From Candidatus Woesebacteria bacterium (GTDB taxonomy: Bacteria; Patescibacteriota; Microgenomatia; UBA1400; MFAQ01), in the NCBI GenBank assembly GCA_035389185.1, contig DAOORK010000001.1:1006-65005 (forward strand): 64,000 nucleotides of DNA, given 5' to 3'. Below are positions 9,261 through 18,026 of the stretch, one piece after another. The notes under the pieces are model-generated. The model made no database searches. It saw nothing but the letters and a program-made list of their open reading frames with translations, and was not told the origin of the DNA. Each line of letters opens with the position of its first letter. Positions within the stretch are counted from its first letter, which is position 1. The translations under genes and the position numbers were made by a program.

Positions 9261-11643
9261 AATCAAACTTTCGGTACAGGTTAAGATAATACTTTCTTTG
9301 TTGATTGTGGTATTCTTTTTGGCCAGTGTTACGGTGGTAGTGGTGAAAAATAGGGTCGAGGATTCCATGTTAAACACAAAAAAAGAGACAATAGACTTGG
9401 CTGTACAGCAGCAAGCGGAGCAGATCGACATTGTTTTGAATGAAAGCAAGAGGGTCGCTGAGCAGGTACCTGGGATTCCCGGTATCTCCGATTATCTGAA
9501 TAATGACAATAGGCAAAATCAAGACACGAAAACACTGCGTATTTTGACCGATTTTATTGAAGGCCGACAGGTGGAGAGTATTAGTTTGCTCGATACTCAG
9601 GGAGTGGTGGTGCTTTCAACCGATGATTTGTTTTTGGAGAAAGAACTTGGTCACCGAAGCTACTTTCTATCTGCACTGTCTGGAGTGCCAGCGACAGAGA
9701 TGTTGATTGATATTGTGTCTAAGGAACCTGGAATTGTTTTTTCTGCCCCGGTGAAAGACAAAATGGGGAAAGTGATTGGAGTATCAATTGTAAAGGCGGA
9801 TATCCAGCCAGTTTATGAAACTTTAATTGACAGTTACATCGATCGGTTGGGTAAGTTTATGTTGGTAAATGACGATGGAGTGGTCGTTTTTGCAAATAAA
9901 GAAAACGCTCTATACAAGAGTTTGGGTGTAATGGGAGAGGAAATAAAGAAAATGATACAAAATGAAGATCGCTATTCGGGAAAGGAGATTGAGTCTTTAG
10001 ATTATGATGAAGCGCAAAGATCGGTGGAAAGTGGGGCTGAGAGTGCGCCGATATACGAGTTTTTTGATGAGGATGATGGTGTGTCCGAATACATAAAAAT
10101 GGTAAGAGTCGGCGATTCGCCCCTTTATTTGATCTCCGAGGTGGAGTCTGGAACAGTAACCGATGTGGTTAATTCTTTGGTTACTTCGGTAATCGTAACG
10201 ATTTTGTCAATTTTATTTGTTGGAGTGGTAGTGCAGATATTCCTTTTGAGGAGGGTCTTAAAACCTTTGTTTACTTTGAATAAATATGCTTTAAGTGTGA
10301 GTGGGGGAAACTTTAATGAGACTTTGACGGTGAAAACGAGTGATGAGCTGGAAACACTTGCCGAAAGCATAAAAAAGATGGTGTCAACGATTAAGGATTT
10401 TTACTCCGGACTTGAAGAAAAAGTGAAAGAGAAAACAGCTGAGTTAGAAAAGACCTTGGAGCAGATAGAAGCCAAAAATATCGATTTGGAAAATACTAAG
10501 AAAGCTGTTTTGAACGTAATGGAAGATTTAAACGAAGAAAAAGACAGGATTTTTTACGAAAAGAATAGGATTGAAACAATTTTGAAATCTATTGGCGATG
10601 GTGTTTTTGTGACAGATGGTGAGGGCAAAATTACAATTATCAATAAGGCGGCAGAGGAAATTACCGGACATCGCTTGGTAGACAGTGTGGGGAAGTATTA
10701 CTCAACGATCTTTAAATTTGGAATTGAGGGTCATCCAGAAATTAAATATCGAGATTTTGTGAAAGAAGTTTTGGAGACGGGAAGTCAAATTACTCTGGAT
10801 AAGCATTCCGTGATACTGGACAAAAAAGGTAACGAGATACCGATTTTGGATAGTGCCGCTCCTGTAAAAGACGTTGATGGCAAAACATATGGCTGTGTAA
10901 CGGTTTTTAGAGATAACACTCGAGAAAGAGAACTAGAGAGAAGTAAAGACGACTTTTTGTCGGTAACGTCACATCAACTCAGAACTCCTTTGGGAAGTAT
11001 GCGTTGGAATGTGGAGATGCTATTGGCCGGAGACTCCGGAAAATTGCCCGATGAGGCTTTGGAGTTGGCGACTCAGATTCACGAAGGAAACTTAAGAATG
11101 ATTAACTTGGTTAATGACCTTCTGAACGTGAACCGTATTGACCAAGGAAGAGTGATGGATGAACCGGTGAAGACGGATTTGGCAGTGATAATTAAAGAGG
11201 CGGTAAAAGAGCTTAATTACGAGGCAGATCGACGAAAGATAAAGATAAACATGGACTTGGAAAAGATAGACGGGATAGTGATTGATCCGAAACGTTTCCG
11301 CGAAGTGATAACGAATTTGATTTCCAATGCCGTTAAATACAATCGAGTCGGTGGCTGGGTTAAGATAACTCTTAATCAAGAAAAAAAATGGATCCAGATG
11401 ATAATTGAAGACAATGGGGTGGGTATTCCCAAAAAAGATGCTGCCAGTATTTTTAGAAAGTTTTTCCGAGCTAGTAATGCGGTTCAATCGGAAACTGAAG
11501 GCTCCGGTCTGGGACTATATGTAGTCAAAAAGTTTGTTGAGGGATGGGGTGGTAAGATTGAGTTGTCGAGTAAAGAAGGAAAGGGGAGCAAGTTTACGAT
11601 TTACTTACCATTAAAAATAAATAAAACAAATACAGATGAATAA
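9247..11643 (+). CDS. sensor histidine kinase (Cache, HAMP, PAS, HisKA, HATPase)
   Basis: H-box SHQLRTPL, N/G1/G2 boxes (NAVKYN, DNGVGI, GSGLGL); GGAGG RBS. Confidence 0.85.
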   Translation: MSGNRIKLSVQVKIILSLLIVVFFLASVTVVVVKNRVEDSMLNTKKETIDLAVQQQAEQIDIVLNESKRVAEQVPGIPGISDYLNNDNRQNQDTKTLRILTDFIEGRQVESISLLDTQGVVVLSTDDLFLEKELGHRSYFLSALSGVPATEMLIDIVSKEPGIVFSAPVKDKMGKVIGVSIVKADIQPVYETLIDSYIDRLGKFMLVNDDGVVVFANKENALYKSLGVMGEEIKKMIQNEDRYSGKEIESLDYDEAQRSVESGAESAPIYEFFDEDDGVSEYIKMVRVGDSPLYLISEVESGTVTDVVNSLVTSVIVTILSILFVGVVVQIFLLRRVLKPLFTLNKYALSVSGGNFNETLTVKTSDELETLAESIKKMVSTIKDFYSGLEEKVKEKTAELEKTLEQIEAKNIDLENTKKAVLNVMEDLNEEKDRIFYEKNRIETILKSIGDGVFVTDGEGKITIINKAAEEITGHRLVDSVGKYYSTIFKFGIEGHPEIKYRDFVKEVLETGSQITLDKHSVILDKKGNEIPILDSAAPVKDVDGKTYGCVTVFRDNTRERELERSKDDFLSVTSHQLRTPLGSMRWNVEMLLAGDSGKLPDEALELATQIHEGNLRMINLVNDLLNVNRIDQGRVMDEPVKTDLAVIIKEAVKELNYEADRRKIKINMDLEKIDGIVIDPKRFREVITNLISNAVKYNRVGGWVKITLNQEKKWIQMIIEDNGVGIPKKDAASIFRKFFRASNAVQSETEGSGLGLYVVKKFVEGWGGKIELSSKEGKGSKFTIYLPLKINKTNTDE

Positions 11644-12007
11644 ACCGGTTATTTTGGTGGCGGAAGATGATTCTTTGTACGCCAAGGTTTATCAAAACAA
11701 ACTGTCTAAAGAGGGCTATGAAGTGGTGATTGCCGGAAATGGCAAGGAGGCGGTGGAAAAGGCAGAACAGCTAAAACCAAAGTTAATTTTAATGGATCTA
11801 ATTATGCCGGTGATGGATGGTTTTAGTGCTCTGAAGAAGCTAAAAGAAAATCAGAAAACAAAAGGTATTAAGGTCGTAGTGATGTCTAATTTAGGCCAGG
11901 ACTCGGATATTCAGAAAGCGAAAGATTTGGGTGCTGAGGAGTATTTTGTAAAGGCAAATATCTCAATACAGGAACTGGTAGAGAAGGTGAAAGTATATTT
12001 AGTGTAA
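11636..12007 (+). CDS. response regulator, receiver domain only (CheY-like)
   Basis: VAEDD, MDLIMP phospho-acceptor region and conserved K; start overlaps the kinase stop. Confidence 0.85.
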   Translation: MNKPVILVAEDDSLYAKVYQNKLSKEGYEVVIAGNGKEAVEKAEQLKPKLILMDLIMPVMDGFSALKKLKENQKTKGIKVVVMSNLGQDSDIQKAKDLGAEEYFVKANISIQELVEKVKVYLV

Positions 12008-12095
12008 TAAAGAATACAATTTCCTATTTGACAGAGGCTCGGATTTAGTTTACAGTGGTTTTAGTGGTTTGTAATAATCTTTACAATTTTTACAA

Positions 12096-12320
12096 ATGAA
12101 GAAAAATATTTCGGTAAAAGAAGCAGCAAAGAGACTGGGCTATTCGAGAAATAGTATTTATACATTTCTAAGGCAAGGATTGATTCGATCGGTACGTATT
12201 AGAAATGGTAAGTTTCGAATTCCTGAAGAGGAAATCGATCAGTTTCAAAAGGTGAAAAGTAGCCAGTCCGGAGGACTTGGCCAAGAAAGAAATAAAAGAT
12301 TTGGTGGAGAAGATAGGTAA
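12096..12320 (+). CDS. helix-turn-helix DNA-binding protein (excisionase/MerR-like HTH_17)
   Basis: VKEAAKRLGYSRNSIYTFLRQGLIRSVRI..GKFRIPEEEI, typical excisionase-family HTH. Confidence 0.6.
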   Translation: MKKNISVKEAAKRLGYSRNSIYTFLRQGLIRSVRIRNGKFRIPEEEIDQFQKVKSSQSGGLGQERNKRFGGEDR

Positions 12321-12837
12321 GTTGGTAATATTACCAGCAGACGAAGAGCCGGTCTTGGCGACGGTTACGGATAAGGAGAAGCTCAAAGACCAACCTCTCT
12401 TTGCCAAGGCGGAGAACGGAGACAAAATCCTTATTTATGCAAAAGCGCAGAAAGCATATATCTACAATCCGACAAAAAATGTGATTGTTGATGTAGTGCC
12501 GGTAAATGTTGGGGATGGAGTAATTTCGATCACCGGTGTGGACGCGAATAATCCTTTAAAAATTGCTTTAATAAACGGGTCGAAGACGGTTGGAGCGACA
12601 TCAATATTGGAACAGAGAATCGAAGATAGAAAAATTGTCGGACTTTCGGTGACGACGAAATCAACAGCAAAGACAACAGATTATCAAAAAACATTAGTTA
12701 TTGATTTAACGGGAAAGTGGGGAAGTCAGGCAACTCAGTTAGCTCAGCTTGTGGGGGGTCAGGTAGCCACACAGTCGTCAGAGATTATTCCGAGTAATAC
12801 AGATTTGATGGTTATTTTGGGAGCGGATTTCAAGTAA
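12277..12837 (+). CDS. hypothetical protein (start uncertain, no in-frame ATG near the 5' end)
   Basis: 186-aa frame overlapping the HTH gene; followed by a bidirectional terminator at 12850-12875. Confidence 0.4.
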   Translation: MAKKEIKDLVEKIGKLVILPADEEPVLATVTDKEKLKDQPLFAKAENGDKILIYAKAQKAYIYNPTKNVIVDVVPVNVGDGVISITGVDANNPLKIALINGSKTVGATSILEQRIEDRKIVGLSVTTKSTAKTTDYQKTLVIDLTGKWGSQATQLAQLVGGQVATQSSEIIPSNTDLMVILGADFK

Positions 12838-12879
12838 ATTGTTATAAAAAAGCCCCGTGTTTATTTGCGGGGCGTGTTA

Positions 12880-13662
12880 TTAGTGAATCTCGATCATGTA
12901 GTTACTGTTAGGCCGTATTTCCTGAGGAAGAAGAAGAAGAGGATCGATACCTTTGAACTTAAGGAGATTGACCAGCATTTCGCGATATTCGGTAGTGACC
13001 GAATCACCGGAAATAGTGAATGAAAACACCTGATCATCGAGAGAAAGAGAAAGATTGTCCAAGGAACACCAGATGCTGTCCGAACCGTTGATAGTTTTAC
13101 AGTATTCGGGGGCGGCGATGTAGGTCACCTGAAAGTCTTCCAGGTTGTCGAAGCAGTTCTTACCATAGGGCGCATCTTCGAACGGATAGCTGGGGAATGT
13201 GTATACGCCATCCACCTGTTCGACGAGATACAGTCTGTCTCCAACAAGATAGTGCATACATGTTTGTTCATTGGAGTAGTTTGAAGAAACGTCTGGGTTT
13301 TGGCTCCAGCGGATAGATAAAAGTTCTACGCCTGAGCTGAACTGGCTTCGGTATGTTTCATCAGGGTATCCGGATAGGTCATTCAAGCTGATCCAGGTGC
13401 TATATCCGTTTGTGACTAGATGTGCATCTATCGTGTTGGAATCGGGTAAGGCGTAGTCGTTTCTTCCTGTGATCTGGGAAACATCGGGATCGATGGAGTA
13501 GGTGAAGCTGATGGGAATCGATCGATAGCTAATAACCTCAGTCAATTCCGGATTTTTCTGGTCATTTTCGCTGGAGCAGGCACAAAGAGAGAGGCAGATG
13601 GCGACCAGGACCAAGATAACGATAATACGTTTTGTGTTCAAGATGGACTCCTTATGGAACAA
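12880..13662 (-). CDS. putative lipoprotein
   Basis: Signal peptide with lipobox LSLCAC; terminator hairpin gccccg..cggggc downstream. Confidence 0.55.
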   Translation of the reverse strand: MFHKESILNTKRIIVILVLVAICLSLCACSSENDQKNPELTEVISYRSIPISFTYSIDPDVSQITGRNDYALPDSNTIDAHLVTNGYSTWISLNDLSGYPDETYRSQFSSGVELLSIRWSQNPDVSSNYSNEQTCMHYLVGDRLYLVEQVDGVYTFPSYPFEDAPYGKNCFDNLEDFQVTYIAAPEYCKTINGSDSIWCSLDNLSLSLDDQVFSFTISGDSVTTEYREMLVNLLKFKGIDPLLLLPQEIRPNSNYMIEIH

Positions 13663-13764
13663 AAGTTTGGGATATTTTAGAGAACGTCCTATATAATATC
13701 AGTTTGGGTATAAAAAGTCAACTCTTGGTGCGCGAAACACAAGAATAAGTTAAAATACAGTATC

Positions 13765-13838
13765 GCCGCCTTAGCTCAGTTGGTTAGAGCACCAATTTTG
13801 TAAATTGGGGGTCCTGAGTTCGAATCTCAGAGGCGGCT
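13765..13838 (+). tRNA. tRNA-Thr (anticodon UGU)
   Basis: Hand-folded cloverleaf: acceptor GCCGCCT/AGGCGGC, D-arm GCTC..GAGC, anticodon loop TTTGTAA, T-arm CTGAG-TTCGAAT-CTCAG. Confidence 0.8.
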
Positions 13839-13888
13839 CAGCATTGTAGTGGTTCAAATGTGCTTCTTAAGGTAAAATATATCCTGTT

Positions 13889-13961
13889 GCCGTCATAGCT
13901 CAGCTGGTAGAGCGCGTTCTTGGTAAGAACGAGGTATTGGGTTCGACCCCCAATGACGGCT
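13889..13961 (+). tRNA. tRNA-Thr (anticodon GGU)
   Basis: Acceptor GCCGTCA/TGACGGC, anticodon stem CGTTC/GAACG with loop TTGGTAA, T-arm TTGGG-TTCGACC-CCCAA. Confidence 0.8.
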
Positions 13962-13990
13962 CCCTGTTTTTTGAATATAATAGGAAGTAT

Positions 13991-14073
13991 GCCAAGGTGG
14001 TAGAGTGGTCAAATACTCGGGTCTGTAAAACCCGCGGCGCAAGCCTACACAAGTTCGAATCTTGTCCTTGGCA
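13991..14073 (+). tRNA. tRNA-Tyr (anticodon GUA), class II with long variable arm
   Basis: Acceptor GCCAAGG/CCTTGGC, anticodon stem CGGGT/ACCCG with loop CTGTAAA, variable arm GGC-GCAA-GCC, T-arm ACAAG-TTCGAAT-CTTGT. Confidence 0.75.
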
Positions 14074-14080
14074 CTAAATT

Positions 14081-14110
14081 AAAGCTCGCCCTTGCGGCGA
14101 GCTTTTAATT
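14081..14110 (+). terminator. intrinsic terminator after the tRNA cluster
   Basis: agctcgcc-cttg-cggcgagct hairpin followed by TTTTAATTTT. Confidence 0.7.
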
Positions 14111-14316
14111 TTAATTCTATGGCAAGATGGGAACTTGTAAAGTTCGCATTCTGAGCATCATAATCAAGCAACGCGGATTATGAGCCTGAATTAAGAGGAA
14201 GCGGACTGAAGCCGGAAAAAATAACGAAGTTATTCCGGCGCAAGGAGCAAGCTCTTCTATTGTCCTTGGCACAATAGAAAATGCCCCACAATCTAGTGGG
14301 TTATTTTTAATGCCAA

Positions 14317-14350
14317 GGAAACCCCGCACAATGCTGGGTCTGTGCGGGGA
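14317..14350. repeat. 34-bp hairpin-containing direct repeat, copy 1 (ggaaaccccgcacaatgctgggtctgtgcgggga)
   Basis: Identical 34-mer also at 14475-14508; internal 9-bp inverted repeat ccccgcaca/tgtgcgggg. Confidence 0.8.
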
Positions 14351-14474
14351 TGAATTGGAAGAGACACCACATCGCGATAGCGATGCTGTGTCTGGTAGCA
14401 TGAGAAGACAAAGTCGATCGAAATATTGATTGTCTATCTCAATCTAGGATTTGGATTCTCATGAAATACCACCC

Positions 14475-14508
14475 GGAAACCCCGCACAATGCTGGGTCTG
14501 TGCGGGGA
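14475..14508. repeat. 34-bp hairpin-containing direct repeat, copy 2
   Basis: Identical to 14317-14350. Confidence 0.8.
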
Positions 14509-14533
14509 GGACGTCATTATATCAAGGCCAAAA

Positions 14534-15694
14534 TTACATAGTGGAGAACCCGGGTGACTTGTAGAGAATATTGCCACCTTCGGCGTTTAACTGCATGACC
14601 AGAGGAGAGCTTGTCAGCCCATTATTGTAAACAGAAACTTGCCATAGAATACCGCTTCCTGTTTTGATGTACTGGGCTTTGATAGGAGATGAAGCACAGG
14701 TAGCTGGAGCTGAGCACTGCGAGTAAGTAATTTTAAGGATTTTGTCGAGGTCAATTCCAAGCTTGTTGGTTAGAACAGCGTCGTTTAATGAAGGAATATT
14801 GTCGTCTGGGGTGACGTAGATTTGTTTGTCGACGAGCTGGGGATTACCGGTGCCGGAGATAGCGACATAGAAGTATTTTTTGGTAGTGAGATCTTCACGG
14901 AAAAAATATTTGGTTACGGCCGATGCGGTGCTTTCGGCACTATCTACCTTGATAAGAATTAGCTGAGCGTTGGGTGAGCGATTGATAGCTACTTTGAGAG
15001 CTGAAGCCGCATTGGCTAGAGGCAGGAGATTGTTGCGTGAGAGTATCAAAGGAGTAGGGGTGGCTGAGAGAGTAGCACTTTTGGTTGCTTGCAGACTATC
15101 TGTTGGGGTAGGCACTTCGTAGATTGTAGATGTTGGAGTCGGCGTTAGGGATGTCTGCTGTTTTTCGAGAGTTTGAGTGATCTCTTGAAGCTGAGATTTT
15201 AGGTTGGCTGCTTGTTGAGATAGATAGGCGGAGTAGGCGAGGCCAATACCGGCAACGATTAAGAGAACAAGAATAATCACAATGGGAGCTGAAGACTTTT
15301 TCTTCGGGGCTTCTGCCGCTTGTGGTTCTTGAGGGGGCAAGGGTGCGGCTTGGGCTTCTTGAGGTACCGGTTCGGAAGCGAGTGTTTCTGAGGGTTTTTG
15401 GGCTTCAATAAGATTTTCGTTGGCTTCGACGAGCTTTTCCGATTCGTTGATGAGGTTAGTTGAAGGAGTAGGTATTTCTTCTTGGGGAAGAGGTGATTGA
15501 GGTTCAGTGTAGGTAGGAATAACTTCCGGGGTTTCTTCAAACGAGGGTTCTTGAGGGGGCACCGGTTCTGGTGGAGTGGTGGATTGAGCTGGCGGTGTTG
15601 GAAGCGAGTCTGTTTGTGACGCTGAAGATGGATCAGATGAGTTATCTGAAGGTGTGGATGGCAAAGGAAATGTTCCAAGATCATCGTTGGGCAT
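14534..15694 (-). CDS. Pro/Thr/Ser-rich single-pass membrane protein (hypothetical)
   Basis: Low-complexity P/T/S/Q-rich N-terminal half, one TM helix (APIVIILVLLIVAGIGL), C-terminal domain; start set at MPNDD (15694), 5 nt after a TTGACA-17-TACTAA promoter (leaderless). Confidence 0.55.
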   Translation of the reverse strand: MPNDDLGTFPLPSTPSDNSSDPSSASQTDSLPTPPAQSTTPPEPVPPQEPSFEETPEVIPTYTEPQSPLPQEEIPTPSTNLINESEKLVEANENLIEAQKPSETLASEPVPQEAQAAPLPPQEPQAAEAPKKKSSAPIVIILVLLIVAGIGLAYSAYLSQQAANLKSQLQEITQTLEKQQTSLTPTPTSTIYEVPTPTDSLQATKSATLSATPTPLILSRNNLLPLANAASALKVAINRSPNAQLILIKVDSAESTASAVTKYFFREDLTTKKYFYVAISGTGNPQLVDKQIYVTPDDNIPSLNDAVLTNKLGIDLDKILKITYSQCSAPATCASSPIKAQYIKTGSGILWQVSVYNNGLTSSPLVMQLNAEGGNILYKSPGFSTM

Positions 15695-15773
15695 ATGTTT
15701 AGTATGGCAAAAAGAGATGGATGTGTCAAGGTAAGGCAATAAAAAACCTGGAGTTTCCTCCAGGTTTGTAAAA

Positions 15774-17255
15774 TCAGTTTTTAAAAGCTTCAGCAATTTG
15801 TTCGGCGAGAGAGTTGATCTTTTTCTTTGTTTCCTCGTTGTAGATATAGTTATTACTATTCCACCGATCGCCAGATGGCTGAGAGATTTCTATGGTGAAG
15901 GTGGGATTGTCTCGTTTACGAGAACCATCCTCGTTCCTACCTTCATAGAGCTCACCAGTGAGGATACCGTCATCGACGACTTGCCAGGTGTCCTTATGGA
16001 CATTGTCTTTATATTGAAAACGACTTTTAACACGGCCAGGGGCCAAAGTGACGACGAACCCTTCTTCTTCGTAGATTACAGGAGGATTAAAACTGCCGTA
16101 TGCATCTTTGGGATTATCGATGAAGTATTGAGCGAGGTTTTCACCATAGAGAAGCGTGTGGAGAACGGGGTCGAGAGTCCGAATAATGTCTTCGAAATCA
16201 AAGATAAAGTTCAGGTCGTTTAGCGGTTTGGTTTGGACCCTTACGTCAACTCGGACCAGAGCTCTAGATATATTCAGAGCTTTAGCTAGATCTGCCTCGG
16301 GTTTGTCACCAACATAGGCGGCGCAAAATCTTAAAAGATAGAGATCTTCTGTTCGATTGAGAACATCGATGTAAACGGTGGTCTTAAAAAAGACACCCTG
16401 CCCATCGTAATCATAATCTCTATTCCATGAATCGCTGTTCTTAAGATGCTCGCTTGCTTCTTTGAGCATGCGATCGACAAACGAATTCGGATCTTGTTTA
16501 CTCTGGAACATTAACAGTAGACCGGCGCCCATGATTCCTTGACTGCTAGCGACGGATCTCAACTGCTCGTCTTGGGTAGCGTTTGAACTGTCTGGGATAC
16601 CTGATGAGTACAAACGGAGGGCGGCGCAAACATTTTCCCAACCTTTGATGGGTATACCACTTTCGCATTTATCAATGGTGACCTCGGTGAATTGCTCTTT
16701 GTTGATGTTCTCAACCGAAGATTTGTGTTTGGGTGAAATGAGAATCGAAAGATCGGTGAAGATGTTGTCAGCTTTTTCAAAGCCAGGCCAGTTATCAAGG
16801 TTTTTCCAGTTGATGAAAGTTCCGTGGAACCCCAAGTTTTTGAGTGCGGAATGAGCTTCTTTGGCCTGTTGTTCTGAAGTGATCATGGGAAGCATTCCCT
16901 GTATGTGGGAGGAGAGCGTATCAAGCGAAGACAGAATAGTCTGCCTTTCTTTTTGGTTGTAGCCGATCCAGCCGACCCAGGTGTTTGAGACAGAGTATCC
17001 AAATCGGCGTCGCAGTTCTTGACGAAAAGCGTCGTAGAAAGGTGACTCTTTTATGCCGTTTAAAAATATGCCATGAAAAGCATAACTGGAAGCGGCGGCG
17101 TCGGAGCAACCATGCTCACTGCCCACAATAGCACATTGAGCTTTACTGTAATTTCGAGAGTAAAAATAGGCAGCCAGTGAGAGCTCGTTAACAAGAAACT
17201 TGATTTTTTTGTCCGAAAAGGACTTGATGTGTTTCGAAATTGATTGCTGGTGCAT
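15774..17255 (-). CDS. hypothetical protein (493 aa)
   Basis: AAGGAGG RBS 9 nt before the ATG; hairpin plus T-run terminator at 15730-15760 on the minus strand. Confidence 0.6.
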   Translation of the reverse strand: MHQQSISKHIKSFSDKKIKFLVNELSLAAYFYSRNYSKAQCAIVGSEHGCSDAAASSYAFHGIFLNGIKESPFYDAFRQELRRRFGYSVSNTWVGWIGYNQKERQTILSSLDTLSSHIQGMLPMITSEQQAKEAHSALKNLGFHGTFINWKNLDNWPGFEKADNIFTDLSILISPKHKSSVENINKEQFTEVTIDKCESGIPIKGWENVCAALRLYSSGIPDSSNATQDEQLRSVASSQGIMGAGLLLMFQSKQDPNSFVDRMLKEASEHLKNSDSWNRDYDYDGQGVFFKTTVYIDVLNRTEDLYLLRFCAAYVGDKPEADLAKALNISRALVRVDVRVQTKPLNDLNFIFDFEDIIRTLDPVLHTLLYGENLAQYFIDNPKDAYGSFNPPVIYEEEGFVVTLAPGRVKSRFQYKDNVHKDTWQVVDDGILTGELYEGRNEDGSRKRDNPTFTIEISQPSGDRWNSNNYIYNEETKKKINSLAEQIAEAFKN

Positions 17256-17320
17256 TTAAAGTGCCTCCTTAGAAATAGGATAGGAAAGATGGCGAATTGT
17301 AACTTTTATGGGATAAAAAG

Positions 17321-17953
17321 TCAAGAAAGGAGATAGTTGTGGGGAGTTTTTTTGATTTTGATTTTGAGTTTTGCCTGGCGAAGAAGTCTTTGGAGATAGG
17401 GTCTGGTAAAGGCGAAACAGAAACGAGGTTTGCCTTGGAAAGGAATATAGACAAAGTGTGTATTTTGGAGTTTGGTTCTGAGGTCAAAGTGATATCTAAG
17501 ATATTTGGTTTGCCAGAGATTCCAGACGGTAATGAGGATGCGCCCTTTTGGTTTGAGGTGTTTTTTGATTTGTTCCAAGACAAACAACTGGTCCTTTTTT
17601 GTTGGCAGGTGGTGAAGAACAGCAACGCAGGCAATATAGTCGTACTGAGGAAGATGTTTCCAGATGGTTTCTTTGGTGATATCGGTTTCTAAAAACTTTT
17701 GATCGGGATGGGCCTTTTCGGCTTCTTTTATGAGTTCTCGGCTAATGTCCAGACCGGTATATTTGATATTTTTGGGGAGACCGAGAAGGAGCCTGCCATT
17801 GCCACAACCGACATCCAAAATAGAGGAACCAGGTTTGACTTTGGAAAGAAAAGGTTTTAGATCTGGCCAGATGTACTGTCGTGAGGCGGAAAACTCGGGA
17901 CTAATAATGTTGTAGATTTTTTTAACCGATTCGATGTGTTTTTCCGAAGGCAT
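17321..17953 (-). CDS. class I SAM-dependent methyltransferase
   Basis: SAM-binding motif I ILDVGCGNGRL and downstream motif II/III spacing. Confidence 0.75.
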   Translation of the reverse strand: MPSEKHIESVKKIYNIISPEFSASRQYIWPDLKPFLSKVKPGSSILDVGCGNGRLLLGLPKNIKYTGLDISRELIKEAEKAHPDQKFLETDITKETIWKHLPQYDYIACVAVLHHLPTKKDQLFVLEQIKKHLKPKGRILITVWNLWQTKYLRYHFDLRTKLQNTHFVYIPFQGKPRFCFAFTRPYLQRLLRQAKLKIKIKKTPHNYLLS

Positions 17954-18026
17954 AAATCATTTTAGCAGGGCTAAGATATAATATATGGGATCGGTTCTTT
18001 AATTTATGATTTTGGAGGTGAGAAAT

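Noticed and set aside
14111-14535. Possible CRISPR array (two identical 34-bp repeats)
   Set aside because: Only two repeats, separated by about 126 bp (far longer than spacers); no cas genes nearby; each repeat is itself a strong palindrome. It is more like a structured-RNA module or protein-binding site.
15277-15729. 150-aa minus-strand ORF
   Set aside because: Alternative frame inside the Pro/Thr-rich membrane-protein gene; the repetitive P/K/L translation reflects the low-complexity DNA.
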